Below are positions 48,137 through 59,022 of a stretch of 64,000 nucleotides of DNA, piece after piece. The notes under the pieces are model-generated. The model was not told the origin of the DNA. It worked only from the letters and a program-made list of their open reading frames with translations, and did not search any database. The DNA is from a virus (Duplodnaviria > Caudoviricetes). The stretch's first letter is position 1. Each line of letters opens with the position of its first letter. The stretch is from positions 9,521-73,520 of the IMG/VR virus record IMGVR_UViG_3300031548_000003. One strand, 5' to 3'. The position numbers and the translations under genes are program-made.

Positions 48137-51100
48137 ATGAAAACACAACATACACCAGGGCCTTGGAATGTTGTAAAAAAGCCTTCTATGTTTATTGATG
48201 ATTTAGAAATATCAATAGATATGATAGATACTAAATTTGGGCCAATTTGCAAGGTAATTGGGTCACGACATAATGCTAGCTTAATTGCGGAAGCACCCGG
48301 AATGCTTGAAGAGCTTGAGAAGGCGCACGAGATTATCCTCGTAATGCTCAACGCTTTGCCAGACCGTTTAAAACCATCTGTTGCAAAAAAACTTTACGAA
48401 CGAGGTATTGCAGACGATGGAATGACGCGTTCGCATGAGCGCGAATCAGTGATTAGAAAAGCAAAAGGACTATGAAACTTTAAACACAATAATTATGAAA
48501 ACCACATCAATTCAAGTAATTCTAGCTTTTGTACCTAAAAAGCAGGGCAAAAAATAATTAACTTTCAGCCTTTAAAACAAACGACTTATGAAGCCTAAAT
48601 TTGAAACGGGTGCAACCACTCATGAGGTGAATGATCTTATTTTATTCGCTGAGAATACAAGAAAATTAACAGAATTAAGAGATACAATCTATATGCAGGC
48701 TGTTAAGCCTTCAGATAATGATATTTTAAAATCTCATCTATCTGGATTTTTTGGTAATGGTGAATGCGAAGGATATGCAGGGACAATACAAGACCGCGTA
48801 AAAACAATTTTGCATAAAAGATTTAATCGGCTTTTTTACGAAACTGTAGAGGCTTACAAAAAGGAATTTCCCGATAATCATTATAAAACAAATGGAGACG
48901 TTGGTAAAAACGTTATTTCGTATCCTCAACAAGAGGAGTTTTGTAAACTCTACGCAGAGGACTTCGAAAACTGGAAGAAAGAACACGGTTAAAATAATTA
49001 ACTTTCAATCTTTAAAACAAACGACAAATGAAAAACGAAACTTACATACGTGTAATACCACGCGATTTATTTAACGAGGCAAAGCTTCTTAAATGCGTTG
49101 GCAAGTTGTGTCTACTCATTCATGATAATTCAAATCTACCCGCAAAAATTGAATTTGAACACGATGGAAATCCTTTCAATATCGAATTATTAGAGGAAGG
49201 CAGTTTAACGGTAACAAATATTCGATTTAAAATTGAGGGTAAGGAATACTTATTTAAAACTACATATAACAGCAAGGCAAATTATCCATTCTATTTGCAA
49301 ACGGAGGAGTTTGAAGATCGTGAGGTATTTGATGAATTTGGAAGTTTTAGCCCTGATTTTATAACGTTTTGCAATGGACTTCCTGAGTAATTCAGGATTC
49401 AGCCCGGGCCGGTTATAGTCGTTTGTTTCCGTGCCCTGGGCTTACTTAAAAACGACTTTACATCATCAATTAAAACATACAGATATGAACACAATCAAAA
49501 AACTTATTATTGAAAACAGTTATAACGAGGAAAATTTAGACATCATCATTGACGCTCTAAAATACAGAGCTACAGAAGCCGGTTGTACAGTAGACGTTCA
49601 GGGAAATGATATTCAGTTTTATTGGGACCAGGATATTATAGATATGTCAAATGGTGCGCATGACCTAGACGTATACCAAAACGCCATTATCGAAAATACT
49701 ATCGAAGATTTAAGATTAGAGCACTCAGAATTATTTTAAACCCATTTATCTAAACATACAGATATGAAAACAGCACAGAGCGATTTAGTATACAGCATCA
49801 AAAACAATAATCTTTCGATTAAAATTGATATGCTCTTAACACAAGAAGACTATGATGCAAATTGGAAGGGTGAAAACGGTTCTGACGGATATTGGACTGA
49901 TAACGTTACTAAGATATATGATACAGTAAGTTCATTCGCGAATGATGAGTTTGGGCTTGATTTACAAATATGGGAAGAGGGGAATGCGTTTGTTCAGAAT
50001 CTGAATCCTAAAAAGCTCAACGAAATTGTTGAAGCTCTTGAAAAAGCTTTCGATGAAAAATTTGATATAAGAGAAAGATAAAATCATTTAACAATACAGA
50101 TATGAAAACTTACTTAGCATTTTCAACAGAAAACAAAGCATACATTTGCGAAGCAAAGAGTAAAAAACAAATGAAAGAAAAAGGAATGAACATGAAATTG
50201 GACTGGCAGGAAAGAGAGAATTTTGAAAAAGCAAAAAATGAAATTCTTTCTTCAGGATACGAACTAACAAATGCTACTAGATTACAGACACTTTAATTTT
50301 AGATACTGATTAAAAAACTAACTAATCGCACCAAAGCCTCTTAACGGAGGCTAAGGAACCGGCACCAAAAAACCATAACAGAATGAGAAAATCACAATTC
50401 AAATCACAAGCTGAAAAAAGGGCTATAAACGAAATTAGTGTATTGTGCTTTTACATGGCGTACCAATACCGCTGGGATGATTCACAGACAGTAGATCCGC
50501 AATATGGTTATGTTACATACCATTTAACTGAGGCAACGGCAATTAAAGCAGCGAATGCAATCAAATTAGATTTAGGGTTTGAGGCAATTGTTGAAAGGCT
50601 TTCTATTGAATATTCAGATTTTAATGAAGGCATTGAATTTGGGGAAGAATTTGAACTTGAAAATTTGGATGATTACAAAAAATTCATCTCTCTAGAAAGA
50701 GACCGGATTTACACAGGTGCATTCAATAATGGTGGAGACCTACCTGAAGATGGGTTCATAGTATATTATCGTCATCACCGGTATTTGAACTATGCCTATA
50801 ATATTGAATCAATCGAGCCAGTTGCTTATTCACGCCATAAAACATTTAGTGATTTAAGAAATGATTCAGACTCCACTATGACCAGCTACGCATATGTTGC
50901 AACTGATATTGATGAGCTGGCGGAAAATTTTGAAAGAGGCAGCGTAAAGCCTTTTGACAAAATAAATTCAGGAAGCAGAATTATACGTGAGTTTTTGGCC
51001 GAACAAGGTCATCCTAATTACACTATTCCCAAACCCTTTTAACTAACCAATACAAACATGGAAAGAATAACAAAAAACAGTACCACCACCGAAAAAGCAT

Positions 51101-52355
51101 TTGCCCTATCGGCTGTTCAAGCTACTATCTTGAACTTAAAGTATATTGAAAAACTAGGACTTGCAACCGCGAACACAATCGCTTCTGTAGAAGATTTGAA
51201 AGTATACGAAAAGCAGTTGAGTGATTACATCAGGTCTGAAAGAGAAGAGAGTAGGATATCTCTAAATGAACTTCTAAATAAGCTTTTAGGAAGATGAGAG
51301 TGTTTAACTATAACCACAATCAATGTTTACCTTTTTAACCTAAAATTAACTAAATATGAAAAAAGACATTAATCAGGTATTAGCTGCTTATTATGCTAAT
51401 CAAAACTCAGTTACCCAATCTTGTATTAAGGGGGCTGTTTCTCGTTTGATTTTGAAAAGTAAATAACTAAACATTCAGAGAACTAGCCGCTAAATTCTCC
51501 ACAAGTATTTCAAATATAGTAACAGTGTGTAAACATAAAACTTGGACTGATTAAACATTAAAATTTTATGGAGTCTAAAATAAAACTTCCACTTTTCATA
51601 GTTGAAAAATCAAACAGCTATTGGATAATATGGGATACTACTACTCATGAAATAGTAGGTACATTTGAAACAAAAGAAAATGCAGAAGCTAAATTAAAAA
51701 CCCTTTAAATTTAAAAATTATGACTAGAGATGAAATAGCATTAAGAATTCTTACTTCTGATTTAATCGAAAGATTAATAACTGAAAAGCAGCAATCTGAT
51801 TTACGCGCCCATCATGTCATGGATACTCCGTTGCTAGCATCAGAAAGACTAAGAATTAGCTTTGAACTAGCTGATGAATTTATATCTCAATCTGAAATGA
51901 GAATAAAAACTGAAGGAAATAAAACCTTCCAATTCATCTTAAAAATAGAAGCAGATACCCTAGATGATGCGATTTTAAAAAATAATCTAAAAGGTAAAGT
52001 TATTATGTGGCAAGAGATAGACAAAAAATCGAATCTTGGATCTCAATTGTATAGTCAAATATTACCCAGTCATTTGACCTAAACCAAACGATTTGAAAAT
52101 ATGAAAATATCAATCACACTTAGAGAATTCGAAAATGCCGGCGGCAATCCTACCAAAATGAATATAGAAAAGACATTTGTTACCTATGGTGATAAACACA
52201 AAAACAAACCTATTAAGAGTATAACCTTTGATTCTAATAATAGCTCAGGTGGTAAACTTTGGAATGTCTTTTTTAAAGATGGGAGTACTCATCGGTATTC
52301 AGAAATGTGGATAACAACCGAAGTAGAATTTGTACTATCAAAAGAATACGTTTAA
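48137..52355 (+). other. Cluster of about 12 short early (host-takeover-type) ORFs of unknown function
   Basis: Co-oriented 60-220 aa ORFs with shared leader sequences, downstream of the early promoter. Confidence 0.6.
48551..49030 (+). repeat. 40-bp direct repeat (48551-48590 and 48991-49030), each copy ending in a start codon
   Basis: aaaataattaactttcagcctttaaaacaaacgacttATG vs aaaataattaactttcaatctttaaaacaaacgacaaATG; 36/40 identical. Confidence 0.85.
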
Positions 52356-52413
52356 CTCCAAAATCAAACGAGAAAAGAATCCCCTATATTAGTAGTAAAC
52401 TAATACAAAAACT

Positions 52414-52836
52414 ATGAAGTATATCACTATCATTCTTGTTGCTTTAATCGCTTGCTCACCTGATGACCCTAAACCTATTACTGACATTACTGGTAATTGG
52501 ACTTTCTCAGTTCCTAACCTATCAGCCAACTTCACAATATTTAAATCTGGGAATGATTTCTATGTAAAGAAAGGATCTAAGTTTTCTATTGATGGCAAAA
52601 ATTACACCACGGGACAGGATGATATTATCCAGGGGGTGGGGTTATTTTTTAGAACTGATGTTTCACAGGCTATTGCTACTGGATACAACAATGTCTCATA
52701 TATACAATTTCCTGCAATCCCTTCCTCAGATTTTAAAACTATGGACGGCAGTAATGTTTCCATAAGAATATGGGACTCTCCTACTGACATCCAAGAAAAG
52801 ACATACACTGAGCATTTTATAATTAGTAGAAGATAG
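52414..52836 (+). CDS. Lipoprotein (140 aa), possible superinfection-exclusion protein
   Basis: 'MKYITIILVALIA-C-SPDDPKP' signal peptide II followed by a beta-rich domain. Confidence 0.6.
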   Translation: MKYITIILVALIACSPDDPKPITDITGNWTFSVPNLSANFTIFKSGNDFYVKKGSKFSIDGKNYTTGQDDIIQGVGLFFRTDVSQAIATGYNNVSYIQFPAIPSSDFKTMDGSNVSIRIWDSPTDIQEKTYTEHFIISRR

Positions 52837-53120
52837 AAATAAGGGATAAATTACCCCTTATGAAAAATATTAAACAATGGGCAGCAATTCTGTTTGTTAT
52901 TGGAGCAATAGAAATAATATTTTATGCAGTATGTGATTACTTTCTAGTTCATAAACCTCACTGGTCTCGCAGACAACGTATAGGCGGAGAATTAGGTGAT
53001 CAATTTTGGAGTCCTGGTGGGTTTAACGCGGAATTGTTTCAATCATTGAATGTTATCCTTTCAGGATTGATTTTAGGATTGATAGGAGCATTGATTTTTA
53101 AAAATATTAAACAAAAATAA

Positions 53121-53150
53121 TTGACAATTATAAAATTATTCCTACATTCG
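53121..53150 (+). promoter_or_regulatory. Host-type promoter
   Basis: TTGACA-N16-TACATTCG, with the same spacing as the promoter at 47912. Confidence 0.6.
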
Positions 53151-53154
53151 TATC

Positions 53155-53278
53155 GTCAAGTAAACGTTACAGATCGGATGAATATTGTCAAAGAAACGCG
53201 GAGCGAACCCCTGCGCCTGGGTTATAATGATTCAGGCAGTATCTGTAACAAGTGCTTGACAGCAGGAAAGTCGCTCCG
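53155..53278 (+). promoter_or_regulatory. Structured 5' leader or small RNA
   Basis: Helices 53155-74/53241-60, 53199-214/53262-78 and 53215-20/53232-37. Confidence 0.5.
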
Positions 53279-53310
53279 TTATTTATTCACTCTTTAAAAC
53301 GTTAAGTACT

Positions 53311-53529
53311 ATGTCAAGCACTTCACAAACAATCTTCATTCCTATTACCGTTGAGGTAACCAATTCTCATCAAAATGCTGGTAGACTAAGAAGCACCAGA
53401 GCAGATCTACGCCATTATCTTGAATTGATAATGGTCAGTAATGAATTGGCTTTTGATGATGAGTACCTCAAATCACTTACAGCTCAGTTGTGGCCTATTT
53501 TAAAGGCATCTATTAAATCCAGAATGTAA
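53311..53529 (+). CDS. Small protein (72 aa) in its own transcription unit
   Basis: Flanked by a promoter, structured leader and strong terminator. Confidence 0.55.
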   Translation: MSSTSQTIFIPITVEVTNSHQNAGRLRSTRADLRHYLELIMVSNELAFDDEYLKSLTAQLWPILKASIKSRM

Positions 53530-53540
53530 GGGATGTCCTA

Positions 53541-53575
53541 AAGATAGAATCCGTAAGGGGTTCTATCTTTTTTTT
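53541..53575 (+). terminator. Intrinsic terminator
   Basis: AAGATAGAATCC / GGGTTCTATCTT stem followed by a T-run. Confidence 0.8.
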
Positions 53576-54887
53576 GTTAAATTTTGAAACAACTAAATAT
53601 AAATTAACGTTTAACTAAATATGGAACACAATGGACTAGAACCAAAAGGCATCAAACCAACTAATTATGAAAGGGTTCTTCTTCAGCATTTTTTTGGGCA
53701 TATTCCTGCCATTATTACCTGGAACACTCTCATCCCCATGCTTGAAAGCATAAATCACTATGATTGCCTGTTTAATATTTATACTTCACGTACAAATGGG
53801 CATATCTACTATTCAGTAGTTATATGGGAAGGTGAAATGGACCAGCCAATTAGCGGATATGATCAATGGGAGGCTGATCTTATCCAAAGAACTTATAAAT
53901 CAATTATTGAATATATTAATTGGTCACAAAAACATTAAATTATATTAAACAATAATGACTATAGAGCGTTTTATAAAAAAATTTAACCATATGCAATGGT
54001 CAATCATAACATTAATAGTGGGTTGTGTCTTGGCAGGGGTTGTGATTTATTTTTTTAATTGTATGCTATTAACGATAATGAAGTAAATCTAAAACAACCC
54101 TTTTTATGCCAAACAAACCCACAAACACGACCCAGATCATTCACACATTCGCAAATCGTCTTGGTGCTTTAGTTATTAAATCCCAGGATCAGTACTCAAT
54201 CACTCTCATGGCTAATGATGATTATTATCCCCAGGCCAGTTGGGAAACTGATTCTGAAGAAGAAATGATGTCTATTTTGGAGGATATAAAAATTTTTCCT
54301 ACAGACTAGCTATTACAGTAAATAACACCTAATTTTGTTAAAACCACAAACTTTTATGAAACAATCGATCATAACTTACCGATCGGGCGAAGTTGAATTG
54401 GATGTAAATGACCAGAAAGAGGCTACTTATTATGCGGCTTTAAAGGACAAAACACGTTTTTTACAAGACATAACTCTTTACCTGAAGGAAAAGGAAGATC
54501 TTGATGTAACTAAGATTTCGAGAATAGACTCTCCCGATGGATTAATTGTTAAAGCTGAAATAAAATCCAAATCAGTAAGTAAGGAGATTATGAAAGCTTT
54601 GTATTCGCCTGATAAAATTAAAAAATCGGGTAGTGCAAATACGAAGGGGGCAACGAAACCTAATGTAGGCTTTATATCTAATCTAATTCACTTTTTAGAA
54701 GACGAAGCTAAAAAAGGAAGAAAGGAAATCAGCTTTGATGAAGCTTACGAAACCATGCTATTTTTATTCCCTAAATTAACCAGGAATCAGATGCTGGCTT
54801 ACGTAGGTGATGTAAGATTGCAGAATAGTTGGGGATTTAAGTATCGCAGCGAAGGTAAGAACAAGGCCAAATGGATCTCTTTAAGAT

Positions 54888-54913
54888 AAAAGGGGAAACC
54901 CTTTTATTTTTTA
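54888..54913 (+). terminator. Intrinsic terminator
   Basis: AAAAGGG-GAAA-CCCTTTT followed by ATTTTTT, directly after the 54335-54889 ORF. Confidence 0.7.
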
Positions 54914-55373
54914 GATAAAAATAACTAAAAATTACCTAAACTTTATCTAAGCATGTTACGTATAAAGATTATCTTAATCGCTGTTTCAAAGCCAACTGTA
55001 AAAACTGATTAAGATAAATACCAGTGTCTATTAGAATAAGAATAGACACTGGTAGGGGTAGAAGGAAGAGAATAAGTCTATCCTAACAATATTGGTAGTG
55101 TATGTATGATGAGCATCCATCTAGTACCAGTCCTGAGCTAGCTACCAATTTTAAAAATATGATATTGATTAAAGAAGGAAACTAAACAAAAAATAAACCC
55201 ACTATGGCACGAATAGTAATCACAAAAGCAGGCAACGAAATAACATCAGTGTATGTTAGTCCTGAAGTAGTAGGAGATCTGTCTATTGACACTATTGATT
55301 ATGATCATACTCTTCTTCCTAATGATATAATCATTGAAAATATGATTGATGATAATAAATTAACTAAAATCGC

Positions 55374-55970
55374 ATGACAGCACTACAGACAATTCAACAG
55401 AAACTTAAAGCTCCGAAATCACAATACAATCTTTTCGGAAAATATCATTTCAGAAATGCAGAGGATATTCAAGAAGCGCTCAAGCCCCTACTTGCTGAAA
55501 CGAACTCAGAATTAATAATCCCTGATAAGTTAATAGAGATTGGTGGTCATCTATTCATAGAATCAACTGCTACATTGACTGAATACACTAAAGATGGAAT
55601 GATTAAACAACAATGGGCAGTTCCGGGTTACGCAAAACATTCAGTGGAACTAAAAGGTATGCAGGATAGCCAGATTACTGGCGCAACTTCCTCTTATGCT
55701 CGTAAGTATGCGTTAAATGGTCTCTTTCTTTTGGATGATTCTAAAGATGCAGATGCAACTAATGATCACAAAACAGAATCTAAAGCGAGCACTGCTCTGA
55801 ATCAAACAGAAATAAAACCCCCTAAGACTCAGGACAACCCCTGGCTAAATGAAGGAACTAAAGAATTTGATACTGTAAAAGCAAATGTACTGGCAGGTAC
55901 AACATCTTTAGAAAAAATTAAGCAATCATTTAGAGTATCTAAAGCTATACAAGCTAAATTAGGTTTATGA
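55374..55970 (+). CDS. ERF-family single-strand annealing protein (198 aa)
   Basis: 'KAPKSQYN-x-FGKYHFRNAEDI' and 'QITGATSSYARKYALNGLFLLDD-x-KDAD'. Confidence 0.85.
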   Translation: MTALQTIQQKLKAPKSQYNLFGKYHFRNAEDIQEALKPLLAETNSELIIPDKLIEIGGHLFIESTATLTEYTKDGMIKQQWAVPGYAKHSVELKGMQDSQITGATSSYARKYALNGLFLLDDSKDADATNDHKTESKASTALNQTEIKPPKTQDNPWLNEGTKEFDTVKANVLAGTTSLEKIKQSFRVSKAIQAKLGL

Positions 55971-56037
55971 GTACAAAATACCTTATCAGGCTGATAATCG
56001 GTGTGTTACATATTATCCCATACATCATGATTGTAAT

Positions 56038-57699
56038 TTGTCTAATCCTGTTATTTACACTATGAAAACCATAAAAGATTTTACTCCAGAAATTCAGGCT
56101 AAAATACCTCAGTATCAAGTCAAGGCTTTAGAAGGTGTTTTCGATGGAGGTCGATACAATCGCTTTAACTATGGGCATGCCTATGAAGCAGTGTGCCTTC
56201 AATATGAGAAATGTGGTTATAAAAAACCTTTAATGGTCGTAGCTGAAAATCCTTATGAAGCACAGCTACTGTATAATTTTATAAAACATTTATTTACTCC
56301 AGAGATACACGCAATCCAGTTGTACTCGCAATTGGACTCGCAGTTGGGCTCGCAGTTGAACTCGCAGTTGCGCTCGCAGTTGGGCTCGCAGTTGGACTCG
56401 CAGTTGTACTCGCAGTTGAACTCGCAGTTGCGCTCGCAGTTGGGCTCGCAGTTGGACTCGCAGTTGGACTCGCAGTTGCGCTCGCAGTTGGGCTCGCAGT
56501 TGGACTCGCAGTTGTACTCGCAGTTGGACTCGCAGTTGAACTGGCAGTTGAACTCGCAGTTGGGCTCGCAGTTGAACTCGCAGTTGCGCTCGCAGTTGGA
56601 CTCGCAGTTGCGCTCGCAGTTGGGCTCGCAGTTGGACTCGCAGTTGTACTCGCAGTTGGACTCGCAGTTGGACTCGCAGTTGCGCTCGCAGTTGGACTCG
56701 CAGTTGGACTCGCAGTTGCGCTCGCAGTTGGGCTCGCAGTTGGGCTCGCAGTTGTACTCGCAGTTGGACTCGCAGTTGAACTGGCAGTTGAACTCGCAGT
56801 TGCGCTCGCAGTTGGACTCGCAGTTGCGCTCGCAGTTGGGCTCGCAGTTGGACTCGCAGTTGAACTGGCAGTTGAACTCGCAGTTGCGCTCGCAGTTGTA
56901 CTCGCAGTTGCGCTCGCAGTTGTACTCGCAATTGGACTCGCAGTTGTACTCGCAGAGAATCCAATATGTTAATGATTACTTATTTACATTAAACATTTAT
57001 TCATCATGCTTATTTACATGGTGGAATTTTATTGCAAACGAGTTAAATATCAAGGCTCCAATAAAAAAAGAGTTAGAGATGTTTAGTTCAGCATATGAAA
57101 AATCAAATATTTATTCAGCTATATTTACCGAAGCAGTATGTATAGTAAGTAAGTTCCCTAAAGCAATACATAGAAACTCCAATAATGATCTTCATAGTAC
57201 TAATGAATCTGCTGTAGAATGGGCATCGTTCTCCGATCTTACAAAGTGGGAATGTTTTTATGTAAATGGACGATTGATTGATAAACAAATTTTCTCTAAA
57301 GTAGTTGAGAATAAAATGACCTTTGAGGAATTTGTTAAGATTCAGAATGAGGATGAAAAAGGTATAATCATTAGCATGATCAAAGAGAATAAAGGCAATG
57401 AGGGACTATTAAATTTTCTTCAAGCTGTTGAAGTAGATTCTAAAACTATCAGGCATACAAAAGATTATTCCGAAACTATAAAGTTGTTTAAGACAAAACA
57501 ATCCTATTCTTTTTTACAAAATTCAAAAGGTGAGCTAAATCAACCGTACGCATGGATACACATGGTATGCCCATCTACTCGTACGGAGTATTTGATAGAT
57601 ACCTGTCCCACATTTACAGATGCAATTGAATGTGCTAAATGGCACAGGCCAAAACAAGTTCCTAAAGAACTAAAATACGAATGGATCAGTGCGAATTAG
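56038..57699 (+). CDS. DUF6745-like protein with a 52-unit SQLx repeat (553 aa)
   Basis: C-terminal 'AVEW...NG...IQNEDEK...CPSTRTEY...AIECAKW' family pattern; central tetrapeptide repeat. Confidence 0.65.
   Translation: MSNPVIYTMKTIKDFTPEIQAKIPQYQVKALEGVFDGGRYNRFNYGHAYEAVCLQYEKCGYKKPLMVVAENPYEAQLLYNFIKHLFTPEIHAIQLYSQLDSQLGSQLNSQLRSQLGSQLDSQLYSQLNSQLRSQLGSQLDSQLDSQLRSQLGSQLDSQLYSQLDSQLNWQLNSQLGSQLNSQLRSQLDSQLRSQLGSQLDSQLYSQLDSQLDSQLRSQLDSQLDSQLRSQLGSQLGSQLYSQLDSQLNWQLNSQLRSQLDSQLRSQLGSQLDSQLNWQLNSQLRSQLYSQLRSQLYSQLDSQLYSQRIQYVNDYLFTLNIYSSCLFTWWNFIANELNIKAPIKKELEMFSSAYEKSNIYSAIFTEAVCIVSKFPKAIHRNSNNDLHSTNESAVEWASFSDLTKWECFYVNGRLIDKQIFSKVVENKMTFEEFVKIQNEDEKGIIISMIKENKGNEGLLNFLQAVEVDSKTIRHTKDYSETIKLFKTKQSYSFLQNSKGELNQPYAWIHMVCPSTRTEYLIDTCPTFTDAIECAKWHRPKQVPKELKYEWISAN
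56326..56955 (+). repeat. Coding 12-bp tandem repeat, 52 full units of TCG CAG TTG NNC
   Basis: The variable codon takes only GAC, GGC, AAC, CGC or TAC; three units have TGG in place of TCG. Confidence 0.95.
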
Positions 57700-57728
57700 T
57701 ATTAATAAAAATTTAAACAATTAAAAAT

Positions 57729-58103
57729 ATGAATTATACAGGAAAAGCACAAATGCAAGGTGACACACAATGGTTTGAGATCAAATCAATCCCAGTAACA
57801 GCAAAATTAATCAACAAGCAATTTATAGCAGCCTCTGAACGTAGCGGTAGCTTTCACGCTTTGTTTGGTGATTATGACATGTATGAATTGGAGGATGGGT
57901 TTATTATTGATGCAAAGAAAGAGTGTATTATTAATCACTCTTTACAAGAAATCCTTAAAGGGACTGGAGTATCACTTAATAAAGCGAAAGTTCTTGAAAA
58001 GAAAGATCATCGCCACTCGGTATTGGCTAAAGGAATTTATTTTGTTGGAATACAGCAAAGATTCGATCCTTTAGAAGGACTTAAAAAAAGAGTAATTGAT
58101 TAA
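57729..58103 (+). CDS. Small partner protein typically adjacent to DUF6745-like genes (124 aa)
   Basis: 'QGD'...'SE-x-SG-x2-H'...'DH...GIY-x-VGIQQRFDP' pattern. Confidence 0.5.
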   Translation: MNYTGKAQMQGDTQWFEIKSIPVTAKLINKQFIAASERSGSFHALFGDYDMYELEDGFIIDAKKECIINHSLQEILKGTGVSLNKAKVLEKKDHRHSVLAKGIYFVGIQQRFDPLEGLKKRVID

Positions 58104-58679
58104 TGAAACTTACTTATAGTGAGAAAGTCATCCTCAGTATGAATGAGGATGACTTAATACGAGAGTTCGAGTTAATAGAACAAAAGAAATCAAAATTATC
58201 AGCTAAAGCAGAGATTACGCGTTCAAGCTCGAATATGGTATTTGATAACCATTAAACAACTAAACATAACTAACAATAAATTAACTAAAAATGGCAAAGA
58301 AAGAAACAATGGAACTTCCCCAGGAAGTGAACAAGGAATCAAAAACAATCAAGATGAAGGCAATCACTCAGGAACTGAGTAACGCTCTTGTCGAATATCT
58401 AAATACGAAACCTCATGGAGAGGTACGTGGGTTGATCGATACACTATCATCAACGCAGACTAGCCCTATCATTGATGTAACATTTACCAATGGAGCTGCC
58501 TAATGTAGTTGGAGATTTACCAAATTCCATCATTGATGGGTATTTAGTAAAACATCTTGATCAAGATGGAGTGCTTAGACTTAAAGCTGTTGAAGAGGCT
58601 ATTAAGTTCTCTAAGACTAAGAACACAACTGCCAAAGATTTGGACGAAATAATAACTAAACTTTATAAATTTTATAAAA

Positions 58680-59021
58680 GTGAACAAAGTAATTCTTTTA
58701 GGGAGGTTAGGTAAAGACCCAGAAGTACGTAACTTAGAAAATGGCAATCAAGTAGCTAATTTTTCTATAGCTACATCAGAGTATTCAAAAGATAAATCTG
58801 GTAACAAAAAGGAATCAACAGAATGGCACAACATTGTGCTGTGGGGTAAGGTTGCGGAGATTGCTTCTAAATATCTAAAGAAGGGCAACCAAGTACTTGT
58901 CGAAGGGAAGATTAAAACTAGATCTTGGGAAAAAGACGGCGTTACTCGCTATGTCACCGAAATAATGGGTGATAACATTACTCTTTTAGGGGGCAAAGGA
59001 GATTCGGAATTACCCTTCTAG
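58680..59021 (+). CDS. ssb: Single-stranded DNA-binding protein
   Basis: '[15 protein letters not shown]...TEWHNIV...[17 protein letters not shown]...LPF'. Confidence 0.95.
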   Translation: MNKVILLGRLGKDPEVRNLENGNQVANFSIATSEYSKDKSGNKKESTEWHNIVLWGKVAEIASKYLKKGNQVLVEGKIKTRSWEKDGVTRYVTEIMGDNITLLGGKGDSELPF

Positions 59022-59022
59022 T

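Noticed and set aside
56326-56955. Diversity-generating retroelement: all variable codons (AAC, GAC, GGC, TAC, CGC) can be derived from AAC by changing adenines
   Set aside because: The adenine of the neighbouring CAG codon never varies at the protein level, there is no separate template repeat, and no reverse transcriptase is in the window. Slippage among a few unit types explains the pattern.
56290-56964. 224-aa antisense ORF (VQLR repeats)
   Set aside because: It is a by-product of the stop-free 12-bp repeat; there is no independent evidence of coding.
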